Assembly: GCF_964204645.1 (NCBI RefSeq)
Contig: NC_134033.1
Coordinates: 13,648,655 to 13,712,654 of the forward strand
DNA from: Tubulanus polymorphus
Lineage: Eukaryota > Animalia > Nemertea
Reading direction: 5' to 3'
Length of the DNA stretch: 64,000 bases
Positions 13,098 through 24,725 of this stretch are shown here, piece by piece (the stretch's first letter is position 1; every line of letters starts with the position of its first letter). The position numbers were made by a program, and so were the translations under genes. Below the pieces are notes generated by a model. It was not told where the DNA came from. It saw only the letters and a program-made list of their open reading frames with translations, and did not search any database.

Positions 13098-13342
13098 CAA
13101 CTGTGGAACTGGATCTGGAGTCGAATTAGACCCACACTGGAACTGGTTCCAGAGACCAATTGAACCCGCATAACTGCGGAACTGATCTGGAGTCAAATTA
13201 AACCCACTCAACTGTGGAACTGGTTACAGAGACCAATTGAATCCGCATAACTGTGGAACTGACCTGGAGTCAAATTAAACCCACACAACTGCGAAACAGT
13301 ATCTGGAATCAAATTTAACCCACATAACTGTAGAACTGGGTC
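13098..13342. repeat. ~39-bp tandem repeat derived from a MITE terminus
   Basis: About 6 units of AACTGTGGAACTGG..CTGGAGTCAAATT.AACCCAC. Confidence 0.8.
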
Positions 13343-14169
13343 CAAACTTGTGCCCTCAAAGACATGGGTCTGCTGGTAATTGATAGCCAAAACAGTAAGT
13401 CAAAACCTAAGGGCCTGTACACTGTCACTGGGCTGCAGTGAGTGTGGGGCATTGAAGTAGTTTTGTCACAACCTTCTCCATCTCTCCATCCAACTCCAGG
13501 GCTCCGACCAAGAGTCTTAAGACGTAAGTTAAAAGAATTAAATCTAAATCTATATCTAATCAAATTCAAAGACTTTATCTTAGTTAGATTCAAGTTAGAT
13601 TCAAGCACGATGCAACTTATCTTAGCGGATAGGCCCTACTTTATAACCAAGCTTTCAAATATACATCCCCTTCTTTCCATAAAAATGAGATTCGTGGTTC
13701 AAACCAATAAATTAAACCCACACCTCTCACAAAATGGAATTTGGTGCATTTGAATTTGAGTTTGTTGACACGAAATTTATTAATGTTGATCTCGAAAACT
13801 TACGTTTTTACCGAACGCAGATTATCAGATAATCCCCCTCACTCGTCAGATTTAACGATGTATCTATAAATCCCTGCTCGTGGTGATAGATAATCCGGCA
13901 ATATCCCGTGAAGAGAAATATAATCCGGTTTTAACGTAGAAATGTACACACCCAAGATGACAGCGACAGGTGGCAGCACCGGCTAAAAAGAAACTATTCG
14001 AGACTTTTGCATTCTGCAGATTTTCCAGAACCTACCCTGAGAGGCCAGTGGTTTGAATCAATACAAAATGAAAACCATTCACCAGATTGAGCTGAAACGG
14101 TGGCAAATCAAGGTGATCGGGATATTCGGATTCAAACTAAAGTTTTCGAACATAGAAGACTTTCATAGA

Positions 14170-15855
14170 ACGATAAGCACACTCAAACGTGGTGAACGGA
14201 TAATAAGATAAAATCCCACTATTTACAGATTAAAAGAATTTAAAAACCAGAATTTATTTATTCAATCAAAAATATATAAAAGACACGACGTTTCGATCTC
14301 ACCCTAGAGATCATCGTCAGGTGTGAGATATAGATTAAAAACAGGGGTATATATACAGAGGAGAACAGGTTAATTGAGTAACCTGGTGAGTGGGTAAATA
14401 ATTAGTGTTTGGCAAGGCATGAAGTAATAAACTTAGAAAAAAGGAAATTGTGCGGAGAAAAAGCCATTACTCAAATTGGTACTAATATCTGAGTGACGAG
14501 TAATTAGGGCAGACTCAACTATGTGGCGTTTAGTGTAATTGCTGGAAGTATAAATAATTTCGGCTTTATCAAAATTAAAACGATGACCAGTGTTCCAAAC
14601 GTGATTGGCTACGCCACTTTAATTCACGACCAGTTTCTCCAAAGTAAATTTTATCACAGCCAAAACAAGGAATTTTGTAAACTCCGCATGAGTCCAAAGG
14701 TTTAGATTGATTGTTTTTAACCAAAGTCTTACTAAATTTGTTTTCATACGTGAAAACGATTTGTTTATCCAATAAAGGGAGAGTGACGAAACTTTTCCAA
14801 AACAGGTACATACGGAACTACAATGAACTCTGAAATGTGTTTTTTTATTATCTGGAGGTTTAGAATTGAAGAAGGTACGTTTAGCCTTAGAAATAGCGAT
14901 TTTCAAAATGTGATCAGGGTAAGCCAATTTTTTAAGGGAGTTGGATATATGGTCAAATTCAGCCGAAAGGAAGGTTTCATCGCAGATCCGTAGTGCACGG
15001 AGAAAGAGGCATTGAGCGAGACCAATTTTGATTGATTTAGCAGTAAACGAAAAGAAGTGAAGGTATGCCTCGGCGTTGATAGGTTTGCGGTAGACTGAGA
15101 AAATCAAATGAGAATATTTATTGTGAATTAGAACATCTAAAAATGGAATTTGGTCATTTTAATTGTTCCCATTCAAAAGTGAATTTCAAAGATGGATATT
15201 GGGAGTTGATGAAGTCGATAAAAGAGGTAAGATCAAAATTATCAGAATATAAGCACAGAATGTCATCAACATACCTAATCCAAAAGTTAGGTTTAGAGCC
15301 AGCGTACTTTGGAAGAATTTCGGATTCAAAGTGTTCAAGGAAAAGATTAGCCAAAATGGGGGATAATGGGTTACCCATAGCGAAACCGAAAATTTGTTCA
15401 TATAATTTGTCTTGGAATTGGAAATATAGATTGGTAGTACAGAGTTCCAAAAGTTCAAGTAAACATTCTACAGGAATTGGGAGATCAAGATTGGAGTCCG
15501 GGAGTTTTCTTAAGAAATCGAGAGTTGGTTCAAATGGTTTATTTGTGAACAAGGAAACAGCGTCGAAAGATATAAATTTTTGTCCATTAGGTTTGAGATT
15601 TTTGAGTTTGTCTAAAAGATCCATATTGTGCCGAATGTGAGAATCAGAAAAAGTACCCAAAGCCGGGGAGAGTACTTTAGCCAGATATTTGGAGAGCCGA
15701 TATAATGGAGAATTGATATTAGAAATGATCGGTCTTAAAGGTGAATTGGGTTTATGAATTTTGGGAAGACCATAAGCATAAGGAAGATTAGGAAGCCGAG
15801 AGTTGAATTTGGAGATGAAGTCCGAATGATCAGGAAATTTCTAAGAGATGTTTTT
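14170..15855 (-). mobile_element. Penelope-like retroelement, 5'-truncated and frameshifted (RT + GIY-YIG endonuclease + 3' pLTR)
   Basis: RT motifs SFDAVSLFT, GFAMGNPLSPILANLFL, WIRYVDD (15154-15660); FSVYRKP..LFLRALRIC (14619-15107); GIY-YIG GVYKIPCFGCDKIYFGETGR (14575-14811). Motifs lie in different frames, and the upstream YGLPKIHKP..LRPIIS segment is present near 15715-15780. Confidence 0.93.
14283..14324 (-). ncRNA. Minimal hammerhead ribozyme in the Penelope 3' pLTR
   Basis: Identical to the 7073-7114 motif and on the element's coding strand, as known for Penelope-like elements. Confidence 0.8.
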
Positions 15856-17094
15856 TTAATAAGAAAGAGGATAAATTTATGACTCGTCAACTAACAAAGT
15901 TCAGAGTAGCTAATTAACTTAACAAATAAAATAAAGAATTTCAAACAAACATATTTATTATCATACAACAATTATACAAAATGCCAGGTATGTGCTCGAG
16001 GAATTATAACGTAAGTTCCTCAAACACGTGGACAAAAACAGTCCAACCATGGACGCATAAACTATAAACTAGAGTTTATACATCCATGGTCCAACCATAG
16101 ACTCTAAAACGGAAATGTCTATGGGCCACAACCATGGGCTCTAAACTGTAAGAGTCCATGGCTCCCCGCACTAAAACCAGAGGTAAACCTGGCCAATTAC
16201 TCTGGAAAGCGTAAGATTTAATGTTGAATCAATCTGATTTACATTTTTACTCTTAAAAGTTGACCCGGCCAGCCGCCTATCTACCTTAAAGGTATTACTT
16301 TAAAATCATGATCAAGCTAACCATAACAGATTTAGCAGTTATAGAGATTAACCGATTACAAATATCATTGTTATTTACAAAATGACAGCTGGCCGATCAG
16401 GAAAAACAAGGTATCATTATAGCCTTATAACGGGCTATCCAAAAAAAAAGATTACCGTACTAGCCTTTAACATCACAATTGCTACTGCAAGGTATTTGAA
16501 GGTTTTTATTCACCAAAAACATTTCGACTACAACTGATTTAGAAAATTTGAATCAATAGGATAATAATAAAATAATACAAAGAATTGTAAACTTTGATCC
16601 ATAAAACACCGACAATTGGGACCAGTCTGAATGTCTAAGACTATTAATTTGACAATTCATGAAGTCACCAGGCATAAGTGACATTTGGCTATTTCATGAA
16701 ATATGAAGCATTATATCATATCAACTCCTCTTCAAATGACAATGTAAGAGATATTTAGGATACTCTGTTTATGTATCATCAATCATCAAAGAACTACATA
16801 ACATATCTCCAACATATAAACATTAAAACTCCATAAATCCACAAATTCGCTCTCTCAAATAATCAATCTCTAATTTCATTTCATTAAACATTATTCTTAA
16901 AAGAAAACCGAAATTTCGCAAACTTTGCTTTGTATTTGAGGAATTGTAAGTTACTCATTAACAAATGAGTGAACTATATTCGAAAAACAGTTCAACATAA
17001 AAGCATTAAAACTAATAAAACCTACAGATTCAATCTTGAAAGCTTGAGAATAACTAATCAATCTTTATTTTTTCATTTCCATTAACATTATTTT

Positions 17095-17497
17095 CAGGCC
17101 CGTCATGTGGGGGGGTTCGAACAAAAAAAATATTAAGCGACCTCCCGTCGTCCGCTCTTGCCAGCGTCCATTGTACTTCCATTGACGTTAATCGGGCGAT
17201 TGACATATATGCGAAACTACATCCCAGGAGAATGGCACTTGATAGTCTCATTGCTTAGTGAAACATTTTTGACGTAAATGCTCCAAACAATGTTGACAAT
17301 GCTGATTAAATTACAACATTTTATAATAAATCTGTTTATTTATACCTTGCTTATATATCCACGGGAAATCGCTCAGAGGCCATATCTGAGCACCAGATTT
17401 TCAAAATTTTTCTGGGGGAGGGGACCCAGACCCCCATACTTTAGTTCCGGTTCATTAAATATGAACCCACCCGCGATTTCGTGAGCTGACGGCCCTG
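17095..17497. mobile_element. hAT-like MITE
   Basis: CAGGCCCGTCA ... TGACGGCCCTG termini; no clean 8-bp TSD. Confidence 0.5.
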
Positions 17498-20229
17498 ATT
17501 TTACAAGATAACTAGAGTTTTAAGTAAGATAACTAGAGTTTTGCCAACCTTGCCTGAGGTTTTCAAACATTATCAATGTTATTTTCTCAACATTGTTATG
17601 TTTAATGCAAAGTATTTTGAAGGTTTTTTTAATTAAGATATATTGAGAATCATCGTATAGATATTTCATCTATCCATATATCTAGGTAAATTAGAAATAA
17701 CAGATCACTGAGATATCTACAATTAAGCTGAATTCGATAACTTTTTCGAGATCGGAAATGCATCATGAGCAGATTTGAATCAGGCCCCATATATTGTAAA
17801 ACTGACAATATAGCTATCAAAACATAGCTAGGACAATTTACTAATCAACACCGTTCATATTTCCTCATTTATAGGAAAAAATACTCCTCTGTATTCGATA
17901 GGACCTCAGTTTGATAGTTGCTATAAACCTAACTAAACAGTCGAAAAATTTTAAGATGAATAATGAACACGTATGTGTCGTTTTATTCACATGACAAAAC
18001 CTTGCTAAATGACAGGTATTTACGTACTCGAGGAATTATCATGTAAGTTCCTTGTTAACAAATGGACTGTATTTTAATAACAGTTCGACATAAAAGCATT
18101 TGAACAAGAGACAAAACGTACAAAGTCCCGCTTCCGCTGCCCCTCGTCTTAAGATTTTCAAACATTATCAGTTCGCTCATTTAATACATTTAATACAAAG
18201 TTATTTGAAAACATGACAATAATTTTACTATCGATAACTAATCACGTTTATAGCTGTTTAACATTCTTTCTAAAAAAGAGTAAAATGTAAAATCTCCCAG
18301 ATATTATCCCTAAAACAATCAACAGTAACAGCAGTGACAGGGTGTGCTATAGGCAAAAGGGCGGGTGATCTTTCATCAGTTATTTGAAGCATTCTATCAA
18401 ATCAGTTATTTTCTTAGTGAGTTTGGTTTAGTTAAGGTTTATGGTTATTTGTTTTGTTTATTACTAACTGTCCGATAGAATGCTTAAAACAACAACAGAA
18501 ATGATCATAAGAGGTTGGGAAACTCTAGAGAAGGTTCTTCCATGTGAAGAAGAACCTTTAATGATTAGATAAATGTATTTTTAAAAAAATTCCTGATGAT
18601 GAAGGCCCTATAATTATAGAAGTTAACTAATTGTTTGTTGGTTTTTGTTTATTTTTTTATTACTTATGATTTTATTTGTTTTTTTTTTTAATATTTATTT
18701 TGTTATGTATTTTTTATTCATTGTTTTTTTTTATTTATTTACTTCTTTGATTATGTTCTATGTATTTTGTACTATTTTTTACTATTTACATCATCAGGAA
18801 TTTCTTACCGGTGGAAATATGGGCTCACTTTAAAAAAGTGCTACAAATTCACTGCTGCTCCTAAATAATCGTTTATCATTAAAAACCCCGATTTGAAGTT
18901 AAGCGATCATTGAAAGCCACTCAACCTTATGATATGGATGACGATGAAAGAAGTTAAAACAGCTATAAACAGAATTAAAACGATCAAAATTATTGCTGGC
19001 CATTATCATTTATTCCTTTATATCACATTATTCCTAGCTATACCTCTCTTATACCTCTGTGAATACAATGTACTAAGATACAAGTTTTCATATACCTAGC
19101 TATGATTATCTACATGGAAGCTCAGTGCTAAAACTCTATGTGAAAATCGAGATATTCTACTCATTAGTCAAATCGCTTTTATGGGCATTGTAAAAAAATT
19201 ATGGCATCAACAAATACATCAACACTTTGGTTTATAAACTTAGTATTTGTACACAGAACACTGCCAAACATTATAGTCTATGTTTTTCTTAACTACGTGA
19301 TGATATTCAAGGGCGTAGCCAGTCTATACTGAAGGCCCACTTTTTGGCCAAGGAATCATTGTCAAAACATCTTTATTCAAAGCCCATAAACTTGCTGGGT
19401 GAGTTTAACTAATCAGGTATCAACTTCCTTTATTGCGATTTAAAAGTTTCAACTGTTTAACTGACTACCCTCTCCCTTTTGAACATTTAGGCTATGCAAA
19501 TCATTTTCACTCTCAGGAAATATAAAATGAATCGCTGTTTCTAAGAGACCAAACTATGTCACTTTTACAAATCATGCAAAGCTATGTTTAACTAAGTATG
19601 AAGATTATCTGAACTATCCTGTTGATATCATATCTCAGTTAAGGTGTATTCAACGGACCTACGTCGAACCGTGACGCTGAATGTGATCAATACCATCAAT
19701 TAATGGAGCGTAGATTTCATGAGACTCCAAGAAGGAACTTTCTGTCACATTACAAAGGACATGACACATCTGTTTACAAATCGAAAACAGTTTGCCTAAT
19801 CAATATGAAAGAATTAGGATGCCATTTTATTGAAATATTCAAATATGAATAGTTCCTTCTCAGGCCCAGAGCCCTAATTATCTAACTTCAATTTTCATTA
19901 ATCAACATTAAAACTATTTCTTTTTTTTCCGCCTCTTCAAATAGACAGTGCATTTTAAGACGCATTTTGAAACCCATGTTACACATCAGACTGGTTTGTA
20001 AAAAGGTAATACACAAAATAAATCAATACTGCTCCTGAACAAGTGTTTATAAGGTACGCATTGTCTGTGCTGCTCCTGAATAAATGTTCACAATATATTT
20101 ACATTGTCTCAGCTGCTCCTGATTAATTGTTTATATATAACACACGCATTGTCTGTGCTCCACCTACTGTAGAAGAAATCCGTCATTGGGCGATAAACCG
20201 CTGCTGGCTGAATTTCTCATCTGGACTTC

Positions 20230-23200
20230 TAGGCCTACGCAGTTGGACTCTTCTGTGGTAGTTGATGATTTCAATTCAAGTTAGAATCTTCTGTTGGCAG
20301 TTTCAATCAGTAGATTCTAGATGACGAGTTGATCTCAGGCTGAGCTTCTTCTTATAGATGTGATTTAGCTGAAATGAATAAAAGACGATATCCTGTAATT
20401 AGACAATATCTTACAATATACACAATTTTTCATGTAGCATTAATGATAATAAAATCAATTTACCTTTCCAGATAACTTGGTTTAGTGTCAGCTAAAAGTT
20501 CTAAGTTGGTTGATTAGTAAAATTCAAGGTGCATTCTTCTGTGGTCTGTTCTAATCAGTAGATTCTAGATGGTTAGTTGATCTTAGTATGGGCTTTTTCT
20601 TATAGATGTGATATAGCTGAAATGCACATAAGGAGATATCCTGTATTCACACAATATTTCATACAGCATTAACCCTTTTTAAGTTCATGCTCGACCGTAG
20701 GTCGAGACGGAAAAACATTGGCTTTACGTTCATGCTCGACCGTAGGTCGAGTCCCGGCGGCGCTGTAAAAGTGTAAATAATCGTCGTTTCACCTACAGGT
20801 TTTCATCATAGCACATCATTAGTCGGTAGATGGCGTTTCTGTTGATTATTCGCCGTAAGAATTTTTGATGGTTGCAATTCATTGTTTTTGAGCAATTTTG
20901 AGTCAAAATTTGTCATTTTTTCGAAATAAATAAGGTAAAATCATGAATACAGATCAAGTAATCATAAATCTTTGCTTATGATGAGTTTGGAGACAATGAT
21001 TTAGAGCTAATAGACAGTGAATCCAGTGACTTTATGAAACAGTTCAGATGATATTTATGATATACACGACGAAAATCAAACCCTTCCCAAGGCCAAGTCC
21101 TGGCCCTGACTCTGATGAATCTGACAAATACTGACCAATGCTAACTAACCAAAATACTCAAACCTGGTATCATATGAAAGGTCATAATATTGTCTACAAA
21201 CTTTTTTTTTCACTGCTAAGCTATAGGACCGATAGTTTTTGAACTTTATGGCTTCAAATATGAGTTTTCGAAAAGCGCAACAATGGCCGAAAATTTCTAG
21301 GGTAGTCACAGAGTAAAAAACTTGCACTTAAAAGGGTTAATGATAATAGATTCCAAGTGAATCATCTTACCTTTCAAGATTGCTGAGTTTAGTTGATGAT
21401 TTCAATTCAAGTTGGAATATTCTGTTGGCTATTCGAATCATTTTTGACTAGTTAAACTTTGGCTGAGCATTATCTTATAGATGTAATTTAGCTGAAATGA
21501 ATAAAAGAAGATATCCTGTAATCATACGATCTCTTACAATATACACTATTTTTCATATAGCATTAATTATAATTAATTCCATGTAAATCAATTTACCTTT
21601 CAAGATAACTGGGTTTAATGTCAGCTAGGAGTTCTAGGTTGATTGAGTTCTAAGTTCAAGTTGCATTCTTCTGTCGACTGTTTTAATCAGTAGATTCTAG
21701 ATGGTTAGTTGATCTTAGTATGGGCTTTTTCTTATAGATGTGATTTGTGATAACTGGGTTTAGTGTCGGCTAGGATTGTCTAAGTCTGTTCTCTAATAGG
21801 CAGATTTTAAACAAGTTGTTGACCTCAAGGGCGGCAGTCTCATATAGATATTATTTAGCTGAAACGAGTAAACAAAGATATCCTGTAAATACAAAAATTT
21901 CATTCAGAATTAATCCTAATAATTTCATGTATATCAACTTACCTTTAACGATTGCTAGGTTTGGTATTGGCTTGGATACTCAGTGTGTCAGGACATTAGT
22001 TTCGAACCCCAACTGCCTAATCATTTGTTGTAGTAGTAGCATTAGTTCATCACTGTTTAAGACTAATGAAGGCCGGATATATATCAGATCAGCAATGTGG
22101 ACCGGTGCATAGATTTTGGTAATTAAATGCCTCTTCTGTGCGCTGTTCTCTAATCGGCAGATTTCAAACGAGTTGTTGATCTTGAGCGCGGCTGGTTCAC
22201 ATAGATAGGATAAAGCTGAAAGAGTTAACAAAGATATCCTGTAAATACAAATATTTCATTCAGAATTAATCGTAATAATTTCATGTATATCAACTTACCT
22301 TTAACGATTGCTGGGTTCGGTATTGGCTTGGATCCTCGGTGTGTTCGGATATTAGTTTCGAACCCCAACTGCCTAATTATTTGTTGTAGTAGTAGCATTA
22401 GTTCATCACTGACTAATGACGGCCGGATATATATCAGATCAGCAATGTGGACCGGTGCATAGATTTTGGTAATTAAATGCCTCTTCTGTGCGCTGTTCTC
22501 TTATCGGCAGATTTCAAACGAGTTGTTGATCTTGAGCGCGGCTGGTTCACATAGATAGGATAAAGCTGAAAGAGTTAACAAAGATATCCTGTAAATACAA
22601 ATATTTCATTCAGAATTAATCGTAATAATTTCATGTATATCAACTTACCTTTAACGATTGCTGGGTTCGGTATTGGCTTGGATCCTCGGTGTGTTCGGAT
22701 ATTAGTTTCGAACCCCAACTGCCTAATTATTTGTTGTAGTAGTAGCATTAGTTCATCACTGACTAATGACGGCCGGATATATATCAGATCAGCAATGTGG
22801 ACCGGTGCATAGATTTTGGTAATTAAATGCCTCTTCTGTGCGCTGTTCTCTTATCGGCAGATTTCAAACGAGTTGTTGATCTCAAGCGCGGCTGGTTCAC
22901 ATAGATAGGATAAAGCTGAACGAGTAAACAAAGATATCGTGTAAATACAAATATTTCATTCAGAATTAATCGTAACTAGTGGAAAGCCCGTGGAAACCAC
23001 GGGTGATTTCTAAACGAAGAACTTCCGACTTATTATTTCGTTGCATGGTTATTGAGTATTTGGGCATTTCAAAGTGGCCTAATTTATGTAGTGTGATCAG
23101 CTGTGCCCATATAGAGACCATACGGGATCTCAGGACACACTTGACCTTCTTCCCATGGAGGCCCAAGGATACAGAACTATAGATAGAAACAAATATGTAA

Positions 23201-24545
23201 AGTACAGATATATGATTATTTCATAATGTATGAATTTTGTGACCCGGCAGCTGGGTCACAAAGGCAGCAGTAGCTCGTACTGTATCAACAGTGACAACAG
23301 TGGCTGTCTCTGGACAGTGGCTGTCTCTAGACAGTGGCTGTCTCTAGTCAGTGGCTATGCCAGCTGACCCATGCACCCTCTGTGAACAGTAGGAGACTAC
23401 AAAAATTTGGAAAGTGAATAATTTTGAATGGAAACCATGCCCAAGCGATAAAAGACGTCGAGATCTACCGCCGGGCAAATTTTCAGGGCAATACATCCAG
23501 TAACGATGGAGCAGTCGGTACAACAATTCAGTATCATTATATAAGATAATTTCATGTATATCAACTTACCTTTCATAATTGCTTTGTTCGCTATCGGCGA
23601 GGATCTCCTAAGTTTAGCTGAAAATGAGTAAACAAAGATATCCTGTAAATACAGATGTTTCATTCAGAATTCAGGCCCCTTCTGTGCGCTGTTCACTAAT
23701 CGGTAGATTTTAGATGAGTTGTTGACCTCAAGTGCTCGTTTGACTTCGAGCCAGGTCACATCGTACTGTATAACTGTGACAACAGTGGCTGTCTCAGTCA
23801 GTGGCTATGCCAGCAGACCCATGCGCCCTCTGTTTACAGTAGGAGAGACTACAAAAATTTGGCAAATGGCGCTGTTCCAGTTGGTCGATTTTGGAAGAGT
23901 AGTTGATCTCAAGCTGGGTTTTTTCTTATAGTTGCAATTTAGCTGCTATGATTTAAAGAAGATAGCCTGTAATGACAAATTATTTCATTTAGAATTCATC
24001 ATTATCATTTCCATAAAATATCAACTTACATTTCAAGTTTGCTGGGTTCCCTATCAGTTAAAATGTTCTAAGTTCATTGATGCATTTGATTTAATCTTGG
24101 ATTGTTGTGTGGGCTGTTCTTATCTGTAGATTTATGATTTGTTGTTGATCTCAAGCTGGGCAGTTTGATGAAGATAGGATTCAGCTGAAGAGTAAACAAA
24201 GATATCATGTAATCACAAAACATTTCATTGAGAATGAATCGAAATAACTCCATCTATATTAAGTTACCTTTTATGATCGCTGGATTCGTTATCGGCGTGG
24301 ATCATCTAAGTTGGTTGGTTGATTCTAGTTGGCTGTGCGCTGTTCCAGTTGGTCGATTTTGGACGAGTAGTTGATCTCAAACTGGGTTTTTCTCATAGTT
24401 GAAATTTAGCTGCAATGATTAAAAGAAGATATCCTGTAATGACAAAGTATTTCATTTAGAATTTATCGCAATAATTTCAACTATATTAAGTTACCTTTTA
24501 TGGTTGCCGGGTTCATTATCGGCGAGGGTCTCCTAAGTTGGTAGT
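20230..24545 (-). repeat. Array of ~12 duplicated exon-intron-like modules (putative spliced lncRNA), including three ~350-bp near-identical units at 21880-22975
   Basis: Recurring minus-strand AAAG|GTAA(G/A)TTG donors and ..TTCAG|CT acceptors, with a conserved ACAGGATATCTT intronic motif; stop codons in the frames checked. Confidence 0.7.
20673..21336. mobile_element. Non-autonomous piggyBac-type element
   Basis: TTAA|CCCTTTTTAAGT ... ACTTAAAAGGG|TTAA. Sister modules show the empty site GCATTAATGATAATA. Confidence 0.88.
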
Positions 24546-24725
24546 CTAATTTTACATATCTTTTGTTGTTTTTTCTGTGTAAATAGTCCGAAAGTTTACA
24601 ATGTTTGAATTTTGTCTAATTTTACATTTCTTTGCTTTTCTTTTCATGTAAATAGTCCGAAAGTTTACAAGGTTAAGATAATTTTGTCTAAGTTTTACTT
24701 TTTACTTTTGCTTTCTCCGTGTAAA
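24544..24725. repeat. ~70-bp tandem repeat, ~2.5 copies
   Basis: GTCTAATTTTACAT..GTAAATAGTCCGAAAGTTTACAA repeated. Confidence 0.8.

Noticed and set aside
21975-22055. C/D-box snoRNA-like GTGATGA...CTGA on the minus strand in the 350-bp units
   Set aside because: The D boxes are CCGA in the other two copies, there is no convincing terminal stem or recognisable rRNA guide, and it lies in a predicted exon.
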